Assembly (NCBI GenBank): GCA_963829055.1
Contig: CAWHHI010000016.1
Coordinates: forward strand, 320,001 to 384,000
Origin: an uncultured Gemmatimonadaceae bacterium
Lineage (GTDB): Bacteria; Gemmatimonadota; Gemmatimonadetes; Gemmatimonadales; Gemmatimonadaceae
DNA: 64,000 nucleotides
Reading direction: 5' to 3'
The notes below the pieces were generated by a model. It worked only from the letters and a program-made list of their open reading frames with translations, was not told the origin of the DNA and searched no databases. Positions 24,327 through 35,340 of this stretch are shown here, piece by piece (the first letter of the stretch is position 1; each line of letters begins with the position of its first letter). Made by a program: the position numbers and the translations under genes.

Positions 24327-25697
24327 CGGCACGGCGTCGCGGCGCCGCGCCGTCCGCCTCGTTAGGCGAGCTGGAGCTGTTCGGAGCCGATTCGCCGGCT
24401 CCTCCCAAGCGTGAGACGAAGCGCGACACGTCGCGCGCGTCTGATCGATCGTCGCGCGCCGTGCCCCCGCCGCCACCGCGCGTGGAACGCATGGTGCGCG
24501 AGGAGGAGGCCGTTCCCGGAACGACTGCTGGTGCCGCGGTCTCGGTGATGGCGCTGACGTGCACGGCGAAGGACGTCCTCGAGGGGGCGTTCATGCCGCT
24601 CTGGGTCAGAGGCGAGGTCTCCGACTTCAAGGCGCATCGCAACGGCCACTGGTACTTTTCCCTCCGCGACGCCGACGCCCAGATCCGCTGCGTCGCGTGG
24701 GCGCGCGACCGTCGCATCCCCGCCCGCCCCGATGACGGGATGCAGATCGCCGCGTTAGGCCAGTTGACCGTCTACGCGGCTCGCGGTGACATGCAGTTCG
24801 CCGTCACGCGAATGGAGGCGGAAGGAGACGGCCTGTGGCGGAAGGCACTCGACCTCACGCGCGCGCGACTCCACGCCGAGGGTCTGCTGGATCCAGCGCG
24901 CAAGCGTCGTCTGCCGCAGCACCCGCGTCGCATTGCCGTCATCACCAGCCGCGACGGTGCCGCGCTGCGCGACATCTTCGCCGTTGCACAGCGGCGATGT
25001 CCGTCCGTCGAGATCGTGCTCGTGCCCGCGGCGGTGCAGGGTGACACCGCTCCTGAATCGTTATGCTATGCGCTCGATCAGGTCGCGCGGTGGGCGGATG
25101 CGGACGTGCTCATCATCGGGCGTGGTGGCGGCGCGCGCGAGGATCTGTGGGCGTTCAACGACGAGCGCGTCGCTCGCGCGCTGGCGGCGTGTCCCATTCC
25201 GACCATCTCGGCCGTCGGCCATGAGATCGACATCTCGATCTGTGACCTCGTGGCGGATCTCCGCGCAGCAACGCCGTCTGCCGCGGCCGAGGCCGCGGTC
25301 CCGGTACAGGCGGAGATCCGGGAACGACTGCGCGCGTCCGCGGAGTTGCTGACCGATCTGACGGCCGATCACGTTTCGCGCGCGAAGCTGCGGGCGGCTG
25401 ACGCAGCGCGACGTGTCGTCTCCGGCGCGGCGCGGCGCGTGGATCGGCGGCGTCTGGAACTGCAGTCCGCGGCGGTCGCGCTCAACGCGCTGAGTCCGTT
25501 GGCGACGTTGGAGCGCGGCTACGCGATCGTCCGAACGCGGCGATGGGAAAACCGTCCGATCAGCGTCGACACTGGCAGCCGGCAGCGCGGTCGATGTCGT
25601 CTTCCGCGATGGTGTCGCGTCGGCCACGATCGAACGCGTCACGCCTAACGTCGTGGACGGTTCGGTCCCGGCCGGCACAACGGGAGAGGACCGGTGA
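24323..25697 (+). CDS. xseA: Exodeoxyribonuclease VII large subunit; frameshift near 25540
   Basis: [56 protein letters not shown]. Confidence 0.93.
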
Positions 25698-25898
25698 GCT
25701 TCGAGACGAGCCTCGAGCGCCTCGAGTCCATCTCGGCGCGACTGGAAGACGAGGAGCTCGAGCTGGACGCCGCGCTCGCGTTGTTCGAGGAGGGCATTGC
25801 GGAGTTGCGTGCGGCGTCGGCATTTCTCGCCGAGGCGGAAACGCGCCTCAAACTACTGACTGAGGCAGCGGACGGAGTATTTCGCGTCGACACTCTGC

Positions 25899-25906
<8 letters not shown>
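25694..25906 (+). CDS. xseB: Exodeoxyribonuclease VII small subunit
   Basis: [10 protein letters not shown]...LFEEGI. Confidence 0.92.
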
Positions 25907-26795
<889 letters not shown>

Positions 26796-26845
26796 GATGC
26801 CGGTGAGATGGAAGCGCGAGTGCTGCTCATGACCTCGAACCGCAC

Positions 26846-28772
26846 ATGATACTTCTCGACCGAATCAAGTCGCCCGCCGATCTCAAGAAGCTGAGCCGCG
26901 AGGAGCTGGCCGCGCTGGCCGGCGAGATGCGTGCACGCCTCATCGATGTCTGCTCGCGCACGGGCGGACACATCGGCGCGGGACTCGGCGTCGTCGAGTT
27001 GACGATCGCGCTGCACTACTGCTTCGACACGCCGGTCGACCAGATCGTCTGGGACGTAGGTCACCAGGGCTACCCGCACAAGATTCTCACCGGACGCGAC
27101 GACCGCCTCGACACGTTGCGGCAAGAGGGCGGGCTGTCCGGCTTTCTGAAGCGGGCCGAGAGCGAGTATGACGTGTTCGGCGCAGGTCACGCGGCTACGG
27201 CGATCTCCGCGGCACTCGGCGTCGCCGTCGGACGCGACATTCGCGACGAGAAATTCAAGGTCGTCGCTGTCCTGGGCGACGGCGCGCTGACGTCGGGGCT
27301 CGCGTACGAGGGGCTGAACAACGCCGGCGCATTCGGACCGGGACATCATCGTCGTGCTCAACGACAACGAGATGTCGATCGCGCCGAACGTCGGTGCCAT
27401 CTCGAAGTACCTGAACTCCGTCCAGCGCAATCCGCTCTACAACCGGCTCCGATCGAAGATCGGTGAGGTCGCCGACAACCTGAGCGAAAAGGGGCCGGGC
27501 GTGCTGTCCAGCGCCGGCGCGATGGTCCGTCGGTGGGAAGAGAGCGTGAAGGCGTTCCTCACGCCGGGCGTGCTGTTCGAGGAGCTCGGTTTCCGCTACT
27601 TCGGGCCGATCGACGGACACGACCTCGACGTGCTCGTCGACACGTTAGGCGCGGTGCGCACCATGACCGGCCCGCGGCTCGTGCACGTCGTGACACAGAA
27701 AGGGAGAGGCTTCCCCGCCGGTGAACGCGGCGCCGGTGCAGCGGAGAAGTGGCATGCGCTTCCGCCGGGTCATGATCCGGCAACGGGCAATCAGCTCGCC
27801 GCTGCCTCCGGAAACCCGCAGTACACCAAGGTGTTCGGCGAGGGACTCGCCGTGCTCATGTCCGAGCGCGATGACGTCGCCTGCATCACGGCCGCGATGC
27901 CGAGCGGCACGGGCACCGGTGTCGTCGCGAAGGCGCACCCGAAGCGGTTCTTCGACGTCGGCATCGCGGAAGGCCATGCGGTGACGTTCGCAGCCGGCCT
28001 CGCTACGCGCGGGATTCGGCCAGTCGTCGCGATCTACTCGACGTTCCTGCAACGCGCCTTCGACAACATCATTCACGACGTCGCGCTGCAGCACCTGCCC
28101 GTCCTGTTCTGCATGGATCGGGCGGGACTCGTCGGCGAGGACGGCGAGACGCACATGGGGCTCTACGACATCGCGTACATGCTGGCGGTGCCCGGCATGA
28201 CCGTCACCGCGCCGAAGGACGGCGGCGAGATGCTCGCGCTGCTCCGTACCGCGCTCGCGCACGAGGACGGCCCCATGTCGATCAGGTATCCTCGTGCGCC
28301 GCTGCCGGCGCCCGCACCCGCCATGGCCGATGTCACGTCGATCCCGTACGGGACGTGGGACGTCGTTAGGCGTGCGGCCGCTGGAGCCGAGGTCGCGATT
28401 CTCGCCGTCGGAACCATGGTCGCCCCCTCACTCGAGGCGGCGGAGACGCTCGCGGCCGATGGCTTGGAGGTCAGCGTGGTGAACTGCCGGTTCCTGAAGC
28501 CGTACGACGAGTTGACGCTGGCCGCAGTGATGTCCGAGCACCGCAAACTGCTCGTCGTGGAAGAAGGCACGGTGATCAACGGCTTCGGGGCATATATGGC
28601 GTCCGTCGTTCAGCGCCTCGATCCGGATATCCGCGTCGAGGCGCATGGAGTTCCCGATCGCGTGATCTACGCGGCATCGCGCGCGCGTCAGCTCGCGTCG
28701 TGCGGGCTCGATGCCGCTGGCATCGCAGCGCGCGTCCGCGCCCTTCACGAGAGCGAGGCGCTCACCGGGTGA
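26846..28772 (+). CDS. dxs: 1-deoxy-D-xylulose-5-phosphate synthase; frameshift near 27330
   Basis: [43 protein letters not shown]. Confidence 0.96.
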
Positions 28773-29648
28773 TTCGCCTCGGAGTCGTTGGCCACCGCGG
28801 CTATGACGGCCTCGCCGAGATTCTCAGTACCGTATTCCGCTTCGCCGGTGAGCTCGAGCTCGAGCCCATCTTCGAGCCGGACCTGCTCGACGTCGCTCCC
28901 GGGGCGGGACGCCTCGAGACGAGCACGGAGATCGACGCGCTCGCTCACGCTCGGTGGCGATGGGACCCTGCTTCGTGGGGCTCGGCTCCTCGGCGGGCGG
29001 CCCGTGCCTATTCTCGGAATCAATCTCGGAAGGCTCGGCTTTCTCACGAGCTGCGGTCGCGACGAGACAGAGCTCGCGCTGCGCCGCCTCGCCGCTGGTG
29101 ATTACCTCGCCGAGCGGCGGATGCAGCTCGAGGCGCAAGCGATCGACCGGGCGGGCAGCGGCCGCAAACGCTGGTTCGCGCTCAATGACGTCGTGCTGCA
29201 CAAGGGTGGATTCGCACGCGTGCTGCATCTGAGCGTCTCCGCGAACGGCGATCCGGTGGGCACGTACGCCGCGGACGGCATCGTGTTCTCGACGCCGACG
29301 GGCTCGACGGCGTATAGCCTGTCCGCCGGTGGGCCGGTGGTCGTGCCGACGCTCGAGTCCATCGTGCTCACGCCGATCTCTGCGCACACACTCGCGATTC
29401 GACCACTCGTCCTGGCTGCGGATACGGAGCTCCGCGTGCATACGGATGATGGCCCCGACGAGCTTCTGGTGACGGTGGACGGGCAGGTGGGCACGACATT
29501 CGGTATCGGCGAGACGCTCATGGTGCGCCGCGCTGACCGCCACGCGCTCATCGTCCGCTTTCCCGGGTCCACGTTCTTCTCGGTGCTCACGCGCAAGCTC
29601 GGATGGGGTGGACTCGCGGACCGAGACGGTACGCCGCCGGCATGCTGA
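28769..29648 (+). CDS. nadK: NAD kinase; frameshift near 28940
   Basis: LGGDGTLL, GINLGRLGFL, ALNDV, STPTGSTAYSLSAGGP. Confidence 0.94.
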
Positions 29649-31348
29649 CCGAGTTACGCATCAAGAATTTCGCGATCATCGAGTCGCTCACGCTGCCGCT
29701 CGCACCGGGGTTCAACGTGTTGTCGGGTGAAACGGGAGCGGGCAAGTCGATCATCGTTGGCGCGTTAGGCCTCCTGCTCGGTGAACGTGCGAGCGGAGAT
29801 CTCATCCGCACCGGCGCGGACCGCGCGGTCGTCGAAGGCGTGTTCGACATCGCGGGACACACATCGGCCGCGTCCGTGCTCGACGAGCGCGGCGTCGACG
29901 TGGAGAACGACACGGTGGTGCTGCGTCGTGAGGTGAACGCCACCGGACGCGCGCGCGCATGGGTGAACGGCAGCACGGTCACGGCCGCGGTGCTCGCGGA
30001 AGTCGGTCGCCTGCTCGTGAACCTGCACGGCCAGCACGAAGCGCAGACGCTCCTCGACACGGACGCGCAGCGCCAGATCCTCGATGCGTTCGGCGGCGCG
30101 ACCGAGCAGGCGAACCAGCTTCGCGTCGCGTACGAGGCGCTTTCGGCGGTCCGACGCGACATCCAGACGCTCGAGTCGCGTCGGTCGGAAGCCGAACGGC
30201 GCGCGGACTACCTGCGGCACGTCTCGCAGGAGATCGACGCGGCGCGCCTGGTCGCCGGCGAGGAAGAGCGGCTCGAGGACGAGGCGCGGCGGCTGGAGCA
30301 TGCCGAGGAGCTCCGGTCACTCGCGCAGGGGATGACCGGGATCCTCGAGGGTGACGAGGACGCGGTGCTCCAGCGGCTTGCCGCCGTACAGCGCTCGCTC
30401 GCGAGCATTCAGCGTATCGATCCGTCGCTCGCGCGCCTGCAGGAGACGTTCGACGCGGCCTTCTACGGGCTCGAGGAGCTCGCTCGCGAGCTCGTCGCGT
30501 ATGAGGAAGGCATCGAGCTGGATCCAGAACGGCTCGCCGAGGTGGAGCGGCGGCGCGACCTCATCTTTCGCCTAACGAAGAAATACGGCCCGGAGATCGG
30601 CGACGTGCTCGAGACCGCGCAGCGCGCACGAGCCGAGCTGGATCTGGTCGACTCCGCGGCGTTCGACATCCGGCAGTTAGGGGAGCGCGAGCGCGCCGCT
30701 GCGGCTCGCGTCAGTGAAGCGGCCGCTGCGCTGACCGCGCTTCGCGTGGCGGCGGCCGATCGCCTCGCTCGCGCGGTCGATCAGGTCCTGCCAGACCTCG
30801 GGATCGCCGATGGACGGTTCACTGCGGCGCTCTCACCGCGCCCGGAGATCGGCGCAACGGGCGCCGAGGATGTGGAGTTCCGAGTGGCGCTCAACCTCGG
30901 GCACGACGCCCGTCCACTCGCGCGGGTCGCGTCAGGCGGTGAGCTCTCGCGTGTCATGCTCGCGCTCAAGACCATTCTGGCGCGTCTCGATCACGTTCCG
31001 ACGCTCGTCTTCGATGAGGTCGACGCTGGCATTGGTGGTCGCGTCGGCCTGCAGGTGGGCGAGACCATGCGCCGTGTCGCCGCGCACCATCAGGTCTTCG
31101 CCATTTCTCACCTTCCGCAGATCGCCGCCCGCGCGCACCACCACATCGTCGTGGCGAAAGGCGCGCGCGAAGGTGTCACGACCGCCGACACCCGCGTGCT
31201 CGACGGCGACGCCCGAGTCATCGAGATCGCGCGGATGCTTGGCGGTGATCCCGAGAGCGAGGTCAGTCAGGCGCACGCTCGCGAGCTCCTCGCGACCGCT
31301 GCGGTGCCTGACCCTTCCAGAGCGCCGCGGCGATCGAAGAAGCGTTAG
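29642..31348 (+). CDS. recN: DNA repair protein RecN
   Basis: MLTELRIKNFAII, SGETGAGKS, ASGGELSR, FDEVDAG. Confidence 0.96.
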   Translation: MLTELRIKNFAIIESLTLPLAPGFNVLSGETGAGKSIIVGALGLLLGERASGDLIRTGADRAVVEGVFDIAGHTSAASVLDERGVDVENDTVVLRREVNATGRARAWVNGSTVTAAVLAEVGRLLVNLHGQHEAQTLLDTDAQRQILDAFGGATEQANQLRVAYEALSAVRRDIQTLESRRSEAERRADYLRHVSQEIDAARLVAGEEERLEDEARRLEHAEELRSLAQGMTGILEGDEDAVLQRLAAVQRSLASIQRIDPSLARLQETFDAAFYGLEELARELVAYEEGIELDPERLAEVERRRDLIFRLTKKYGPEIGDVLETAQRARAELDLVDSAAFDIRQLGERERAAAARVSEAAAALTALRVAAADRLARAVDQVLPDLGIADGRFTAALSPRPEIGATGAEDVEFRVALNLGHDARPLARVASGGELSRVMLALKTILARLDHVPTLVFDEVDAGIGGRVGLQVGETMRRVAAHHQVFAISHLPQIAARAHHHIVVAKGAREGVTTADTRVLDGDARVIEIARMLGGDPESEVSQAHARELLATAAVPDPSRAPRRSKKR

Positions 31349-31352
31349 GCGA

Positions 31353-33059
31353 TCACTGGCTGGCGGCGGCAGCGGGGCGCGCCGGGCGCATGGGCGCGCC
31401 GAACAACCGCGTGTAGTATCGCAGCGAAATCTGGGTATTGAACTGCTTCGGGACGTATCCCGATCCGCTCATCGTCTGCCAGTGCACGATCTGGATCTCG
31501 ACCGGCAGACGCGCGCGACCGCGGTCGAACGCGCTCAGCGTCGAGAAGCTTGCGCCACCGCCGATTCGCTGCTCCGTCTGCTCGGTGCCCACACCGAGAA
31601 TGCTCGCGTCGAGCACGACGGGCACGCCCTCGGGGCCGTCCACCGTGAACGTTCCCGTGTACTTGTCCTCCGCCTTTCGCCGGTAGCGCCAGTGCAATGA
31701 CAGGGAGATGTATTCGTTGTACACGTAACGCGGGCTCGCCTCGAGCTCCATGTAGTCGCCGAGGTCTCGCGTAACGGTCTGCTCACGATATTCCGCCGTG
31801 AACGGATTGCGCGGGACATCCGGAATGCGCAACGGCAGCTCGTCCTGGAGCTGAACGCCGATGCGGGCGACGACGGATGCCCACAGCCGTCGGCCGAACA
31901 CCATGTCGAGTGCGCCGTTGCCTTCCACGTCTGTCTGGCCGTCCCCGGTGCCGACGTCTACCAGCTCATTCGGCTTGTCGACCTGACCCGTACCGAGTCG
32001 CGCCAATCCGCCGACGGCGAGCCGCAATCCCTTGGTACGTTCGCCGCTACGCGCACGCGAGAGGCCGCCGAACGAATCGAAAAGCAGAACCTTGGCGCCG
32101 ACCTCGATGTCGCCGAGGTGGCTCCGCTCTACGAGTCCCAGCGGTGCGGTGCCGAGTACGGTCGAGATGTATTCGTTCGCCTGCACGGCGCTGATCGGCA
32201 GCTGTGCGGGCGAAGGCGATTCCCAAGCGGCGAGCGTGGGAATGTACGTCTTGAATGACGCGTTCAGTGCCGTGAGTCGCGTCGCGATCGCCGTCTGCAG
32301 CGTGCTTCCGGCCAGTGGCACGAACGCCTCCCCGCGGGCGGTGTCGGCCCCGGTTCCGTACGTCGTCGAGACACCTGCCGCGAACGTGCGCGCCTCGTTG
32401 ACGAGGATCTGTACGCGCGCTCGGTCACTGCATACGGGATCGGTGCTCGCAGCCCCGCATGCCGTGAGCCGCGTCGTGAGCTCCTGAGCGGCACGCACGA
32501 GCGAATCCACGACGCGACGGTTCTGTGCTGCCGCCGTTCCCGTCGGCGCCAACCCCGGATTTAGCCCGACATTGGCGGGATTGCTCTTGATGTTGCGCGG
32601 GTTCACGTCGAAAACGACTTCGGATGTCGTGTGCTCGTACGGCACGGTGGCCGTGAGCATCACTCTGGACGTGAGTCCGAAGTCGATGACGAGCGCCGTC
32701 CGCGCGATGTGCGCGGCGAAGTCAGTCCGCGCGGGACCGAGGCTGACTTCGGCCGTTGGCTGCGCCGCAAGCTCGCGCAGCGACGTGCGTAGCGGCACGA
32801 GCACCTCCAACTGGCGCGCTCCGAGTGAATCGGATGACAGCGGCGCCCCAAGCGCCTCCAGTTTGCCACCCGGGCCGTACATCTCGTTGTAGCTTGCCCA
32901 GCTCGCCTGCGCGGATACGCGGACGCCGCCGCGCGGAAGGACCGTCGCATCCGCGCCGACGCCGAGCACGCGTTGCGCGTTGCCTACCCGCGAGACACTT
33001 GCACCGAGCGAAAGCGCTGCGCACACCAGGATCCTGCGATGAGTGGAGCGAGATCGCAC
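31353..33059 (-). CDS. Secreted hypothetical protein, probably outer membrane (beta-rich N and C regions, helical insert)
   Basis: Signal-peptide-like N-terminus (..VGNAQ), HLGDIEVGAKV, GTGDGQTDVE, aromatic C-terminal strand. Confidence 0.7.
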   Translation of the reverse strand: MRSRSTHRRILVCAALSLGASVSRVGNAQRVLGVGADATVLPRGGVRVSAQASWASYNEMYGPGGKLEALGAPLSSDSLGARQLEVLVPLRTSLRELAAQPTAEVSLGPARTDFAAHIARTALVIDFGLTSRVMLTATVPYEHTTSEVVFDVNPRNIKSNPANVGLNPGLAPTGTAAAQNRRVVDSLVRAAQELTTRLTACGAASTDPVCSDRARVQILVNEARTFAAGVSTTYGTGADTARGEAFVPLAGSTLQTAIATRLTALNASFKTYIPTLAAWESPSPAQLPISAVQANEYISTVLGTAPLGLVERSHLGDIEVGAKVLLFDSFGGLSRARSGERTKGLRLAVGGLARLGTGQVDKPNELVDVGTGDGQTDVEGNGALDMVFGRRLWASVVARIGVQLQDELPLRIPDVPRNPFTAEYREQTVTRDLGDYMELEASPRYVYNEYISLSLHWRYRRKAEDKYTGTFTVDGPEGVPVVLDASILGVGTEQTEQRIGGGASFSTLSAFDRGRARLPVEIQIVHWQTMSGSGYVPKQFNTQISLRYYTRLFGAPMRPARPAAAASQ

Positions 33060-33144
33060 GTCGTGAAGCAGTGATGAAGAAGAGAGAAGGCGACAATGCC
33101 GCGCGGCGGTCGCCCACCCACGCTGGGGCCGTTATGATGCGTGG

Positions 33145-34959
33145 GTGACAACGTCCCCTCAACATCACTACCTCGTGTCTGCTACGCCACTCCCATCAGT
33201 CCCCTGGCTTCGCACCGGTAACCACTGGCTGTCGCTGCCGTGCATTCACCCGGCGGACGGCGCGATCCACGCTGTCGGTATGCTGCATCGCGGCGCGCGG
33301 GCGGCAGTCGAGTTTGCGGGCGGGGCCTCGTTCGCCGAGGGTGCCGCGCCGCCGCTGGCTCGGCTTGGCTTCACGGTGAACGGCACGACGCTGCCGCTGG
33401 CTCGGAGCGGCCTCGCCTGGGAGCGCGCGATGGAGTGGATGCCGACGTTCACCGCCAGCGCTGACTCCGTGGTCATCCGGGGCACCGTGTTCGCGCCGTA
33501 CGGACGCGATGCGGATACCGCAGGTGCCGTGTACGCGGTCGCCATCGAGAATCGCGGTCCCGCTGACATGGATGTCGTGGTCACGCTCGACGGGACTCTC
33601 GGCTACCGACAGCTACGCGTCCGCACGCCTCGCGCGTTCGAAGACGCACATTGCGCAATGCACGCGCCTGACGACGTCGTGGTGCTCAAGGGCGCCGCGC
33701 TGCCGGGACTCGTGGTGCTGGCGATCACCGCTGATGGGGACGCCCAGGTCGATGTCACTCCAGGCGAGCCGGCGCAGTACACGATCCGACGCACCGTGCG
33801 GGTCGCAGCAGGCCAGCACGCCGATGTGGCGTTCTACATCGCCGCGGGGCCCGAGCAGGATGGCGCGCACGCGACCGCCCGCGTTATGCGGCGACGTGGC
33901 TGGCGTGAGCTGTTGTCCGCCACGCGCGACGCATTGCGCGATCTCGAGCAAACGACCGGGCACGAAGGGCTCGACCGCCTCATCAATCGGAATCTCCTGC
34001 TCGCGTATTTCTACGGTGTCGGCCGGGCGCTCGACGATGCGCACTTCTACCTGGTGCGGACCCGAACGCCGTGGCACGGGCGCGGCGTCACGTTCCGCGA
34101 GTGGGAGTCGCTCACGTGGACCCTGCCGGCGATTCAGCTCGCCGACAGTGCGCTCGCGCGCGAGTTGATCCTTCGCGCGTGTGAGGTGCATGGCTACACG
34201 CCGGGGAGCGGAGTCCGCTATCTGGACGGGACGCTGTTCGAGCCGGGATTCTGCCTCGAGGGCGCTGCCTCGTATGCGTTGGCCGTGGACCGCTACATCC
34301 GTGAGACGAACGACGACCAGATCGTCGAGGAACCGGTGCTCGCGGATACGTTGTACGTCGCGTCCGAGGACCTCACCGCCCGCCGCAACGCGAACATTCC
34401 GCTCTACAGCACCGAGGTCGCGCCGAGCGGAAACCCGGCGCCGCTGCCGTACACGCTCCATGGCAACGCCGTCGTGGCACTCGCACTCGACGTGTTTCGT
34501 CGCACGCTCGACGAGCAGACCGCGCGTGACGTGCAGGATCCGGAAGGTGTGCGGGCCGCGCTCAAGCGTCATTTCGCACGCGATCGCGACGGCAAGTCCA
34601 CCTACGCGTCAGCCATCGACCTCAACGGCAACGCCGTGCTCGAGGACGATCCACTCGCTTCGGTATTCTGGTTGCCTGTGTACGAGGTCGTTGATCGCAA
34701 CGAGTCGACGTATCGCCGAACCGTTCGCGCGACTGGCACCGATCATCGCTTTCTCGTGCAGCAGTGTGCGCGTCTCCTGGGGCCGGAAGGCGCAGAGGTG
34801 ATGCAGTGGCTGCGACGCGCGCCGCTCGACGACGGCTTCGCTGCGGAGCAGGTCGATGAGTCGGGGAAGGCACAGGGGAACGGGGGAGATGCGTCCGTTG
34901 CCGGCCTCCTCGCTCACACGCTCTGGTACGCGGTACACGCACTCGGCGTCGCGCCGTGA
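33145..34959 (+). CDS. Putative (alpha/alpha)6 glycoside hydrolase, GH125-like
   Basis: 604-aa ORF with typical codon usage; C-terminal helical repeats (YLDGTLFEPGF.LE..ASYALAV, DGFAAEQVD); family call from memory. Confidence 0.5.
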   Translation: MTTSPQHHYLVSATPLPSVPWLRTGNHWLSLPCIHPADGAIHAVGMLHRGARAAVEFAGGASFAEGAAPPLARLGFTVNGTTLPLARSGLAWERAMEWMPTFTASADSVVIRGTVFAPYGRDADTAGAVYAVAIENRGPADMDVVVTLDGTLGYRQLRVRTPRAFEDAHCAMHAPDDVVVLKGAALPGLVVLAITADGDAQVDVTPGEPAQYTIRRTVRVAAGQHADVAFYIAAGPEQDGAHATARVMRRRGWRELLSATRDALRDLEQTTGHEGLDRLINRNLLLAYFYGVGRALDDAHFYLVRTRTPWHGRGVTFREWESLTWTLPAIQLADSALARELILRACEVHGYTPGSGVRYLDGTLFEPGFCLEGAASYALAVDRYIRETNDDQIVEEPVLADTLYVASEDLTARRNANIPLYSTEVAPSGNPAPLPYTLHGNAVVALALDVFRRTLDEQTARDVQDPEGVRAALKRHFARDRDGKSTYASAIDLNGNAVLEDDPLASVFWLPVYEVVDRNESTYRRTVRATGTDHRFLVQQCARLLGPEGAEVMQWLRRAPLDDGFAAEQVDESGKAQGNGGDASVAGLLAHTLWYAVHALGVAP

Positions 34960-35012
34960 TCGACGCCGCATCGCTTGTCGGTCGCTGATACCCCCGATAT
35001 ACTAGTCAGCAC

Positions 35013-35085
35013 GCGGGAATAGCTCAGTTGGTAGAGCACAACCTTGCCAAGGTTGGGGTCGCGGGTTCGAGTCCCGTTTCCCGCT
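35013..35085 (+). tRNA. tRNA-Gly(GCC)
   Basis: GCGGGAA acceptor stem, anticodon loop TTGCCAA, GGTTCGAGTCC; CCA not encoded. Confidence 0.97.
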
Positions 35086-35167
35086 CTCGAACGAACAGGC
35101 TTGAACGAGTAGCGTTGAACAGGCACTACGGGCGCCAGCGCGACGCGCTGAGTCGCCGACACAAATG

Positions 35168-35201
35168 CGGGAGCGGCCACACCGCTCCCGTTTTGCGTTT
35201 T
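35168..35201 (+). terminator. Intrinsic terminator-like hairpin between the two tRNAs
   Basis: cgggagcgg-ccaca-ccgctcccg-TTTTGCGTTTT. Confidence 0.65.
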
Positions 35202-35242
35202 CAGCAGCGAGCGTCGCGGAGCGGCGTCGCTGCTGTGGTCGC

Positions 35243-35326
35243 GCCGGGGTGGCGAAATCGGTAGACGCGCGAGACTTAAAATCTTGTGGGGGTAACCCCA
35301 TCCGGGTTCGATTCCCGGTCCCGGCA
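35243..35326 (+). tRNA. tRNA-Leu(TAA)
   Basis: GCCGGGG acceptor stem, anticodon loop CTTAAAA, long variable arm, GGTTCGATTCC. Confidence 0.95.
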
Positions 35327-35340
35327 TCACTCGACATTCG

